This document shows positions 8,883 to 17,097 of a DNA stretch of 46,283 nucleotides, piece by piece; positions within the stretch are counted from its first letter, which is position 1; the number at the start of each line of letters is the position of its first letter. Both the position numbers and the translations under genes were made by a program. This DNA comes from a virus. Lineage: Duplodnaviria; Heunggongvirae; Uroviricota; Caudoviricetes. Under the pieces are notes generated by a model. It made no database searches and was not told the origin of the DNA. It was given only the letters and a program-made list of their open reading frames with translations. The DNA lies in the IMG/VR virus record IMGVR_UViG_3300010354_007935, positions 1 through 46,283 of that record; one strand, given 5' to 3'.

Positions 8883-10419
8883 GACCCAATTCCAATTCAT
8901 CTAGTTTATCAATTTCGTCTTCGGTAAACTCACCGTCGTCATTGGATTGTACAGTCTCTGTCTCTACTTCGTCAAAGAATTCGAAATACTTAGTACTCGA
9001 GTTGACAGTTTTCTTACCAATTGCACCTCGTGTACCAGGAATAGCCATCCAAAAACGACTAAAGTCCTCGATGATTTCGTCACTTTCTGCTTTACTGCTG
9101 GTAGCAAAAATAGCTTCAACTACATCTTTAAAGTAAACTCTATTGATGTTTTCTTGTACTAGCATATTTGGACACAACCCAGCATCATACTGACGGTTAG
9201 CTTCTTGTACGCTATTCAAATGTTGCCAAACATTATGGCCCATCATAATAGCATAACTAAAACTATCCCATGAAGTTTTACCTTCTTTGCCAATCTTATT
9301 TAGATCACCGGGGTTATAAATGCAAATGTCCTTGACTGGAACACCATCCATAACAGGACTAGTAGTAAAAGACTTAAAGTGACCATCTTGTACTACTGCA
9401 TCTTGGAAGAGTCTTGTGTCTTGGGCATACTTTTTGTCATCAATAGACGGCAACATGCGGTAGAGCCATTTTTGCCTATCTGCGATTTCTGTCTGGACGT
9501 AGATTTGTCCGTTTGCAGTTGCGAGGAACGGTGAGGCGCAGTCAAAAGAGATGGTAAAGTTTTCATTATGATATTTCCTTACAGCACGTTGAATGTCTGT
9601 GAGCAATAATGCCCACTCCAGTTTACTAGTTCCTAGAAAGTGCATCCAATCTTGTTTGCCTTTTTCTAGGAGACCATCATGACGAAGTGCAACAATACGT
9701 TTTAATGTAAGATGCACATCGCACATGTTCTGACCACCCATAGCCCAACCATTAAAATGGTTGCTATACTGCTTAGGGTCGCAATACTGTTTCATACGTT
9801 GATACCAGTCTTCGGCATCAGTATGATTTTCACCTTGTAAAACATTTAAGAACTTGCAATTACCGTTGCGATTTTTAATAAAGTAATCATTATTAATATA
9901 AGTTCCTTGCACCGCTTCTGCGTAAGTGCTAATACCAGTAGCTTTTTGACCAGCAGGACTACGAGCAACCCACGCAGGAATATCAAGAATCATGCCGTAG
10001 TCCATTAGACTATCCATCCAGGTTAATACCTGAGCACGTTTTTTAGCAGCCTTAGGACAATTAGGATCTTTCCAATCACCTTCCCATTTGCCTTTACCGA
10101 TTTGAAATCCACCAGAGTCGCCTAACACCCAACTTGTTCCGCGATTACGTTTACGGAACATGTCTTCACTATCGTCTTGTTTGTTAAGATCTAAATTAGC
10201 ATGTCCTGCACTATATAAACAATGGTCATAGTAGAATAGACCTTTATCAGGATCTAAAAAATTTAGACTCTCTACTCCGTTAGTAAAAGTTTTAGGCACA
10301 CGGTTAGGATCTACGTAATTTCCATAACGCTGTTTTCCGATAAATGTGCTATAAAAACCGGAAACAGCCGGAAGAAAATATGCGTAGTCGTTTTGTGCGG
10401 CTGTTAAATTACGATTCAT
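8869..10419 (-). CDS. TGT-superfamily guanine transglycosylase (DpdA-like)
   Basis: VLGDSGGFQ, MILDIP, VLQG, GWAMGG, HFLG and SFDCASP occur in the same order as TGT base-exchange motifs; no CxCxxC zinc site. Confidence 0.8.
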   Translation of the reverse strand: MNRNLTAAQNDYAYFLPAVSGFYSTFIGKQRYGNYVDPNRVPKTFTNGVESLNFLDPDKGLFYYDHCLYSAGHANLDLNKQDDSEDMFRKRNRGTSWVLGDSGGFQIGKGKWEGDWKDPNCPKAAKKRAQVLTWMDSLMDYGMILDIPAWVARSPAGQKATGISTYAEAVQGTYINNDYFIKNRNGNCKFLNVLQGENHTDAEDWYQRMKQYCDPKQYSNHFNGWAMGGQNMCDVHLTLKRIVALRHDGLLEKGKQDWMHFLGTSKLEWALLLTDIQRAVRKYHNENFTISFDCASPFLATANGQIYVQTEIADRQKWLYRMLPSIDDKKYAQDTRLFQDAVVQDGHFKSFTTSPVMDGVPVKDICIYNPGDLNKIGKEGKTSWDSFSYAIMMGHNVWQHLNSVQEANRQYDAGLCPNMLVQENINRVYFKDVVEAIFATSSKAESDEIIEDFSRFWMAIPGTRGAIGKKTVNSSTKYFEFFDEVETETVQSNDDGEFTEDEIDKLDELELGHDAT

Positions 10420-11368
10420 TATTAGATTTTTTCTTTAAATAAAAGCTACCTACAAATATAGCTAACATTGTAGCTAAAGTCACTATTGTTGGTACAATTA
10501 GAGGAAGATTTTTACTCATAAAGTAAAAATAATTTACTGCGTTCATAGCCAAAACAGTCCATAGCATTGTTTTCTTGTTGACCCATCCTAGTAAAATATT
10601 ACCAAAAGGTGCAAAGAACAATACTACAGGTGCTGCCGCCAGCCACATATGATAAACTTCTGGTTGTACAGCATCGAGTACTAGTCCTCTATAGGCAATT
10701 CCAAAAACAGTGACAACAGCCATTAAAACAATACTAATATCAGTACTGATTTTTTCCTTCATACCGTAGTAACATGTAAGTGCAATATAAATTAACATAT
10801 CGGATCCTGTACCAAACATAGCACTAGCACATCCTCCAATAAACGACCAAACACTAAAACTAAGTAGTCGTTCTTTACTATCAATATCTACCCGATCTTC
10901 GTTACCGTTGCCGCGTGTGAACAAGTATGCTAAAATAAACGATAGTGCCAAGCTAACAAATAACATTTGAGTTACCTTGAAAGCAACTAAATGATATATG
11001 CTAGACATAAAAATAAATCCAGCAAAATTGACTAGTGCATAAAATGGAACCCATTTAAAAGTTGATAGGCTATGACCTTTCCTGGTTAAAATCCAAATAG
11101 CTGCTGATACCATGCCAATACTTTGAATAGCTAGGCTAAAGTCTCTAGCAGCCATTGGGGTAATTTTAAAATATAAACTTAGTATTGGAAAAGCAACTGC
11201 TCCACCGCCTTCGGGAGTAAATCCTGCAATAGCAGATCCGAAAATCATCATTATTGCGTAGAGCCAGTGTGTATCATATAATGCAAAGCCCGGCCCAGTT
11301 AAAATTAAGTATAACCAAGTGATCAATACTGCGCTTGCCCATATAGGCCAAATTAGTTGTTTAATCAT
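10409..11368 (-). CDS. TauE/SafE (TSUP) family membrane transporter
   Basis: About 9-10 hydrophobic segments; AGFTPEGGGAVAFP and SAMFGTGSD repeat-domain motifs. Confidence 0.8.
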   Translation of the reverse strand: MIKQLIWPIWASAVLITWLYLILTGPGFALYDTHWLYAIMMIFGSAIAGFTPEGGGAVAFPILSLYFKITPMAARDFSLAIQSIGMVSAAIWILTRKGHSLSTFKWVPFYALVNFAGFIFMSSIYHLVAFKVTQMLFVSLALSFILAYLFTRGNGNEDRVDIDSKERLLSFSVWSFIGGCASAMFGTGSDMLIYIALTCYYGMKEKISTDISIVLMAVVTVFGIAYRGLVLDAVQPEVYHMWLAAAPVVLFFAPFGNILLGWVNKKTMLWTVLAMNAVNYFYFMSKNLPLIVPTIVTLATMLAIFVGSFYLKKKSNNES

Positions 11369-11570
11369 TCTTGAGACCCCATTTAATTTTTAACCATAGC
11401 CTTTCATGAATGTAGTAATCGATACTTAAAAGAATATGTAATGCGGTTGCAAATCCTGTTGCATTGCCGATATCTCCCGTGAACAAATATGTCCACAGGA
11501 TCGTAAATAACCATGCGGTTATTCTATATGTTACCATACGGGTAACAGTTCTCTTTTTAGTTTCTATCAT
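11361..11570 (-). CDS. DUF2061-like small membrane protein
   Basis: ETKKRTVTRMVTYRITA...YYIHERLWLKIKWG. Confidence 0.78.
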   Translation of the reverse strand: MIETKKRTVTRMVTYRITAWLFTILWTYLFTGDIGNATGFATALHILLSIDYYIHERLWLKIKWGLKND

Positions 11571-12298
11571 TTGCTCTGTGCAGGTAAAATGTAATCGTAC
11601 TCTGCAAGTCCGCTATCGACAGTAATCATCATAGCACCTGCATCGGCAATCTTAATGGTCTTATCACCCGCTAAGTTAAGAATACTCATAACTTGAACAA
11701 CAGGCCATGCCCATGCTTGCTTTAGTTTACCAGTAACGCCTGCTTGGAAAACAAACTCGCCTGCGTGTGTGCTTGCATCGCCAAAGCTGAATACCAAATT
11801 ACCGTTGTCTGTTTTAACTTGAAAAACGGGTTCTTCGCTATGTGCGTTTGCTTGGAATTTTAGTTTTTGAATACTAGTAACTGTGGGTTCAAATTCAATG
11901 TTCCAGGTAGCACCTTTAAACTTAACTGATTTAAGTTTTTCATTAATAATTTCTGTACTCATAAAACGATAATCGTTTTCAAAGTCGCCTGCTTCATTTT
12001 CAAAGTGAAGTCCTGTTGGAATATCTTCACCGTTGCGGTTAGCAATACTTACACTAATCTTAGCTTTTTCTTTGTACTCTGGACATTTCAAATGAATGTC
12101 TAGTTTATTTAGGTTTGGCATACCAAAGACACCTTCAAATTCTTGAACTGGTGTTTTAGTTTTAGCACTAATAATAACACTACGGTCCTCTGCCATAGAC
12201 TCGATTAGTGTTTCTTTATCGTCAGCTGTGATTTTTACCAACGGAATAAATCCTAGTGCATGAGTGTGTGCTACTAGGTCTTGTAAAATGTCTTTCAT
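11567..12298 (-). CDS. Putative sliding clamp (gp45/PCNA-like)
   Basis: 243 aa, two-lobed alpha/beta pattern, ends in YDYILPA; near polB, with a clamp loader elsewhere in the window. Start follows GGAGA. Confidence 0.6.
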   Translation of the reverse strand: MKDILQDLVAHTHALGFIPLVKITADDKETLIESMAEDRSVIISAKTKTPVQEFEGVFGMPNLNKLDIHLKCPEYKEKAKISVSIANRNGEDIPTGLHFENEAGDFENDYRFMSTEIINEKLKSVKFKGATWNIEFEPTVTSIQKLKFQANAHSEEPVFQVKTDNGNLVFSFGDASTHAGEFVFQAGVTGKLKQAWAWPVVQVMSILNLAGDKTIKIADAGAMMITVDSGLAEYDYILPAQSK

Positions 12299-12318
12299 AT
12301 GAATCTCCATGTTTAATG

Positions 12319-12347
12319 ATTATATTTAGGTTTTTGACAAAAGTCAA
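12319..12347 (-). promoter_or_regulatory. Sigma70-like promoter TTGACT-N17-TATAAT with overlapping TAAATA
   Basis: Near-consensus boxes; TAAATA at 12323-12328; TTGAC-AAAA-GTCAA inverted repeat at 12334-12347. Confidence 0.82.
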
Positions 12348-13108
12348 CGTATTTTATTATTGTATTCAACCGATTCTTTTAAAATAGTAAGCGGTTTATT
12401 TAGGCCATAACTGTATTTTATAAATGCAGTTGTATCTTTAGGGAAACAATGTCCACCCCATCCTCGTTCACCGTCTGGTCCAGGAACCATAGTATGGTCT
12501 GTACCAATGCGAGTATCATGGCCTAAAATTTGTCGTACGACATTAAAATCTGCGCCATTTGTTTCGCACATGTCGTAAATTTGATTAAAGAAGCTAGTTT
12601 TAACTGCTAAGAAACTGTTAGCAGTATATTTGATAATACTAGCTTCTAAATTTGTACAACCAAAGTAAAGTCTGCATTTAGGCAATGCTGGTGTAAAGAG
12701 GTCTTGCCAGAAACATTCAGGATCTTCCCCACCGATAATCATAAACGTTTGATTGGCAAAATCTTGCTCTGCTGTTCTTGCTCTTAGAAATTCTGGACTG
12801 TAAACAATGCTATGGTCGGGATATTTGCTATCTAATTCAGAAACAACATCTGGACTAACTGTACTTTTAATTAATACAGGTATATGAATAGGGCATTGAT
12901 CTAAAATGTTAGTGACTTGACTAGCATCGCATTGCCCATCAGCAGTACTTGGTGTTCCGACACAAATAATAATACCGTCTGCATCTATGTGATTTGTAAT
13001 GGTATTAGTATTAAATTTAGGATCGACAATTTCTATAGAATAGTGTTTTTTAAGATTGTTGGCAACTGCCTTACCAACAAATCCGTAACCGGCGATGATA
13101 ATTTTCAT
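12344..13108 (-). CDS. UDP-glucose/GDP-mannose 6-dehydrogenase family (no C-terminal domain)
   Basis: IAGYGFVG, ICVGTP, LIKSTV, YSPEFL, IKYTANSFLA, GWGGHCFPKD (catalytic Cys). Confidence 0.9.
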   Translation of the reverse strand: MKIIIAGYGFVGKAVANNLKKHYSIEIVDPKFNTNTITNHIDADGIIICVGTPSTADGQCDASQVTNILDQCPIHIPVLIKSTVSPDVVSELDSKYPDHSIVYSPEFLRARTAEQDFANQTFMIIGGEDPECFWQDLFTPALPKCRLYFGCTNLEASIIKYTANSFLAVKTSFFNQIYDMCETNGADFNVVRQILGHDTRIGTDHTMVPGPDGERGWGGHCFPKDTTAFIKYSYGLNKPLTILKESVEYNNKIR

Positions 13109-15774
13109 AGTTCAAATAAACTGTTAAATGTGTTCTTTTCTTCTGTGCTACTAATATTCCAGTTTAGGACACCAATAAGGTTTTCTAATTTCTTATCGAT
13201 AATAGTAGCTTCCATTTCGTCATGAGCAAATGGCAAGTCTTTGAACCATTGCGGTAAACGTAACTCGTCCACAGGATAAGCAACACTAGTAAACTCTAAT
13301 GGATTAGGTTTAAGTTTACAAACAATAACCTTAGCACCGTCAGTAATATTCATACTATACTTGTCACTGAACATGCGCTTTAATGTATTCCAGTTAATAC
13401 TAGCACGAACATGACCAGGCATGTTAGCTTTGCCTTGTTTCTTTTCCTTGCTTTCGTAATCGGTAATATTGTTGGCACGTTTAGGCGAACCTTTCTCCCA
13501 ACCTGGTCTTGCTTTAAATGCAATGCGGAACTCGCTAATGTAATCTAACACTTCTTGTTCTGTAGCACCAGTTAGTACCATTTCTAAAACTTTACTTAAA
13601 AAGTCTTGGATAAATTCTGGAGTATCGCTACGCTTAAGATCTAAGCCCATAGCTTTAATCTTACCGGGTTTGCCGTCTATGTCTGTACGCTTACCTTCTT
13701 TATCGTAATAAAGAACTGCATAACGCTTTTTAGTAATAAACAACGATTTACTGCCAACAATTTCACGCCCAGCTTTAATAACTTCTCCACGTGTCTTTGG
13801 ACAATGGAAAGCGTCAAGCATAAATTGAGGGAACGTTTCATTCACGTCGCTACCAATTTGATCATACAGTTGAATAACAGTTTCCTTATTCCACGGAATA
13901 AGACCTTTATCAATATCTTTTTGCAAAGTTTTATATGCACTAAAATAACAACTGTCAGTGTCGCCGTAGATAATTGCTTTACCTACATGGTTATACTCGC
14001 CGCAAACGATTTCATTAACTTTGGAAGCCATGTGCTTTGCAATCTGACGCCCAGTAAGAGTTGTAGATTGGCCGATACGTTTATCAAAAAAGCGACAGCC
14101 AGGATTAAGAATAGCCCCATAGAGGGAGTTGAGGTTAATTTTTTTGACAAGCTGTCGTTTGTCCCAGTATTCTTCTTCGATTTTATTTCCAGCATTTATA
14201 GCCTCCTTTAGTTTGGCCTGCATCTCTTTACGTTCTGCATACCAACGTTTTAGTAGCCCTGGAATAATACCTTCCTTTTCATAAGTGAAGATTGTGCCAT
14301 TTGCTGAAAGCATCCAGGGTTGATTGCTTTCAAAAATTAATCTATATGCTTCGGCGGCACTGAGCGCATCACTAGATCCATCTTCCCAGTCGATAGTAAT
14401 GTTGGTACCGATTTCTTCGTTCATTACAGCTTCGTACTCAAGACTGCCAAATTTGCCTTCCCAAGCAGCCGCAAAACTTTTACCTTTAGCAATTTGTTCT
14501 TGAATGTACTCTTCGGTCATTGTTTGGCGTAACTGACCAACAATAGTTTCTGGGCCCATGTTTAGCGCACGAATGGCACTAGGATAAAGACTGTTAATAT
14601 CTAATGAACCGACCCAATCGTGAATACCTTCTTTAGGATAAGCGACATACGCACCGGCAGCGCCTTCGTTATCCTCACGTTCACTCATTTTAGTTCTATT
14701 AGGAACAACAAAACCTCGCCGATGACTTTCGTTAATAATAGCCTGCTCTGTTACAGCCACGGCACCCATTGTTGTCTGTAGCAGTACAGTATTTTCATGT
14801 GCCAGTGTATTGGCAAGATCCAAGAACTTTAATTTTTTATCAAGTCTGTCCAATAGCGCACAGTCTTGACGGTTGTATTCGATGAACGTTTTGAAGTCAT
14901 TGTTGTAGAGTTGATCCAATGTACCTTCGTATTGCGTTTTGCGTTCACCAAGTTCGTATTCCGCGATAGCATCCAGTCGATAGGAGTGGCGTTCTTCATA
15001 TGTGTACTTTCTGTAAAGTTCTAAACTATCTAAATGAACACGACCAATAAAGTCGTATGTTGTAGCAGTACGACCAAATTTTTCGTATTCGCGCTTTTTA
15101 GGAAACTGATTAAACAAACAAAAACGTCTTGTATCTTCTTTGCTCAATACTTTTGTAACACGATTAACAGTATAGGGAATATCAAAGCCTTCGCTGTTCC
15201 AACCTGTTAAAATATCTGCATCTTCTATCAGTGTTAGAAATGTGTTTAACAAATCGCCTTCGTTGTCAAACAACATTGTATTAGGAAATTCTTCAACTTG
15301 TTTTTTAGCTTCTTCCATAGACATCTTTTTTGGCGGAATAGCCAAGCAGACCATAGTGTCTAGCCATTGTAGGTGAACAGCGATGGCAGTGATTGGCATA
15401 AAAGCATCATCCGGTGACGCATAACCACGTTCTGGATCGAAGTCCACCTCAATATCAAAAAATGCTACATTTAATTTGGGAGCATCTTGGTTGAGATAAT
15501 TTTCACTTAGACAAACGAAGATTGGATTAATGTCAGTTTCGTAAAGTGTCTTGCTACTGTTAATAGCCATTTCTTTACGAAGTTCTTTTGTGTTCTTACA
15601 AACAATACGGCTAACAGGATCTCCGTAAATCGAAGTATGTTTGCCCTTAGCATCTTTGTAATATAAGGTGTGTTTGACAGGAATGTCTCGAAATTCCCTC
15701 TCACCTTTTTTATTGCGTTCGACAATTTTGATGATATCATTATCGCGGTCGAACCACGCATCTACGTAACTCAT
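13105..15774 (-). CDS. Family B DNA polymerase (T4 gp43-like)
   Basis: Exo I FFDIEVD, Exo II WNSEGFD, Exo III YNRQD; polymerase motifs DINSLYPS, KINLNSLYG, YGDTDS. Start set at ATG 15774 after AGGAGA. Confidence 0.97.
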   Translation of the reverse strand: MSYVDAWFDRDNDIIKIVERNKKGEREFRDIPVKHTLYYKDAKGKHTSIYGDPVSRIVCKNTKELRKEMAINSSKTLYETDINPIFVCLSENYLNQDAPKLNVAFFDIEVDFDPERGYASPDDAFMPITAIAVHLQWLDTMVCLAIPPKKMSMEEAKKQVEEFPNTMLFDNEGDLLNTFLTLIEDADILTGWNSEGFDIPYTVNRVTKVLSKEDTRRFCLFNQFPKKREYEKFGRTATTYDFIGRVHLDSLELYRKYTYEERHSYRLDAIAEYELGERKTQYEGTLDQLYNNDFKTFIEYNRQDCALLDRLDKKLKFLDLANTLAHENTVLLQTTMGAVAVTEQAIINESHRRGFVVPNRTKMSEREDNEGAAGAYVAYPKEGIHDWVGSLDINSLYPSAIRALNMGPETIVGQLRQTMTEEYIQEQIAKGKSFAAAWEGKFGSLEYEAVMNEEIGTNITIDWEDGSSDALSAAEAYRLIFESNQPWMLSANGTIFTYEKEGIIPGLLKRWYAERKEMQAKLKEAINAGNKIEEEYWDKRQLVKKINLNSLYGAILNPGCRFFDKRIGQSTTLTGRQIAKHMASKVNEIVCGEYNHVGKAIIYGDTDSCYFSAYKTLQKDIDKGLIPWNKETVIQLYDQIGSDVNETFPQFMLDAFHCPKTRGEVIKAGREIVGSKSLFITKKRYAVLYYDKEGKRTDIDGKPGKIKAMGLDLKRSDTPEFIQDFLSKVLEMVLTGATEQEVLDYISEFRIAFKARPGWEKGSPKRANNITDYESKEKKQGKANMPGHVRASINWNTLKRMFSDKYSMNITDGAKVIVCKLKPNPLEFTSVAYPVDELRLPQWFKDLPFAHDEMEATIIDKKLENLIGVLNWNISSTEEKNTFNSLFEL

Positions 15775-15785
15775 ATTTTCTCCTA

Positions 15786-15835
15786 TGCAATTTACGGCTT
15801 GCAAATACCAATTTGTTCATTTATGGCTGAACAAA
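15786..15835 (-). promoter_or_regulatory. Twin hairpins in the polB 5' leader (candidate translational operator)
   Basis: mRNA: UUUGUUCA-GCCAUAAA-UGAACAAA and UGCAA-GCCGUAAA-UUGCA, followed by U and then AGGAGA; the two 8-nt loops differ at one position. Confidence 0.65.
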
Positions 15836-15839
15836 CCTT

Positions 15840-15868
15840 ATTGTACAATATTTATTATAATTAATCAA
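15840..15868 (-). promoter_or_regulatory. Sigma70-like promoter TTGATT-N17-TACAAT with TAAATA in the spacer
   Basis: Upstream of polB; TAAATA at 15849-15854. Confidence 0.7.
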
Positions 15869-15869
15869 C

Positions 15870-16772
15870 CTAGAACCCATGATATGGCCTGCCGCCTTCG
15901 GGCCATACTTGTTCTGGTGGCCAAAATTCTAAACCATATTGATTACGATATTTAGGTACTGTATAAGCATCCTTTAAAAATAAGCAATAATCGTTGCCAT
16001 CTTTTTTGATTGTTTCTAATTGTTCGATCCACAAAGATTGTTCTATAGGAACAGCACCTAAATTTAATTTTGGGCGTAAAAAATTATTGAGCCAGTTTAC
16101 ATACTGTTTAGGACTAGGATGCATTTCTCTATAAAGTTTACCCGGAGATTTAGCATCATTGAAATACCAATCTAATTCTGGAAAACGATTGGTATAAGTT
16201 GCAATTGGTTCAATCCAAAAATCTTTGTGATCTTCCCATATAGTTTTGTAATAGTTTGCAAACTGTGGAATTGCATCTCTAATATCTATTGGCTGGTTGT
16301 CCGGGAATACATCGCTACTAAGTTTACACCAATCACCGATGCTAGTCATATACCAAGTACAACCGCTAGATTTTAACAGTTCTTGTACAAGGATAACAGC
16401 ATTTAAACAATGCATAATGTATCCAGGTTCATGGAAAAAAACCTTAATCCAATCATCAGTGAACACATCTCTATTAGCTGGGTAAAACATATTCCCAGAC
16501 GTTTTCCAGCCTATTGCACTTGGACGTTTAGCACAAGTTGGGTTGTAGTAGTCGTGTCTTAAATGTGTAGTCCATTGAACTATAATTACATCATCTTTAG
16601 TAAAATGATATTTACTATGACACTCTGCTACACGTTCGGCAATACCACGACACCCTATACCAGTAACACCCCAATTTTCAAATTGTTCAAATTCTAAACC
16701 GAGGAAGTCTGCCCACGTTGGATAAAATTCAGTTGCAGTATAACTACAACCAAATGTAAACAATCTTGCCAT
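15870..16772 (-). CDS. SGNH/GDSL-like hydrolase-fold protein
   Basis: N-terminal LFTFGCSYT (block I), NWGVTGIG (block II), late EMHPS (block V-like). Confidence 0.55.
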   Translation of the reverse strand: MARLFTFGCSYTATEFYPTWADFLGLEFEQFENWGVTGIGCRGIAERVAECHSKYHFTKDDVIIVQWTTHLRHDYYNPTCAKRPSAIGWKTSGNMFYPANRDVFTDDWIKVFFHEPGYIMHCLNAVILVQELLKSSGCTWYMTSIGDWCKLSSDVFPDNQPIDIRDAIPQFANYYKTIWEDHKDFWIEPIATYTNRFPELDWYFNDAKSPGKLYREMHPSPKQYVNWLNNFLRPKLNLGAVPIEQSLWIEQLETIKKDGNDYCLFLKDAYTVPKYRNQYGLEFWPPEQVWPEGGRPYHGF

Positions 16773-17029
16773 TAGATATGTTTTGTAATATCCAAGATAG
16801 CTTCGATTTCTTCCCAGTCTTCATTGTAGGCTTTCCAATCACCTTTGTGTGCAATCTTAATTGCTTTATTGATTACGCTGGGTTTGACTTGTAGTTCTTC
16901 GGCTACTGCTTTGACGGTGTCTTTAAGACCTTCTTGTAAGTCTTCGATTTCGCGCAGAACAGTCGAGCCTTCTGCAATCAATCTCTCTAGCTTTGCCTTT
17001 TCTTCCGGCCCGTATGAACGTCCACTCAT
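16772..17029 (-). CDS. Small dsDNA-binding protein (T4 DsbA / GapR-like)
   Basis: 85 aa helical: LERLI...LREIEDLQEGLKDTVKAVAEELQVKPSVINKAIKIA. Confidence 0.6.
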   Translation of the reverse strand: MSGRSYGPEEKAKLERLIAEGSTVLREIEDLQEGLKDTVKAVAEELQVKPSVINKAIKIAHKGDWKAYNEDWEEIEAILDITKHI

Positions 17030-17055
17030 AAAAATGACTCCTAAGTTAAAAACTA

Positions 17056-17084
17056 ATTGTATATTAGTTATCCTTAGGAGTCAA
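17056..17084 (-). promoter_or_regulatory. Sigma70-like promoter TTGACT-N17-TACAAT
   Basis: Intergenic; AGGAG RBS lies downstream. Confidence 0.78.
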
Positions 17085-17097
17085 GTGTTAGGAAGTT

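Noticed and set aside
8869-10419. Calling this gene canonical tgt (tRNA queuosine)
   Set aside because: It lacks the zinc-binding CxCxxC, is much longer, and sits among replication genes; a DNA-acting DpdA-like role fits better but is unproven.
13105-15804. Intein or intron in polB; longer start at 15804
   Set aside because: Length (889 aa) and motif spacing are normal, with no Hint or LAGLIDADG signature. The SD supports ATG 15774, and the upstream ATG falls within the leader hairpin.
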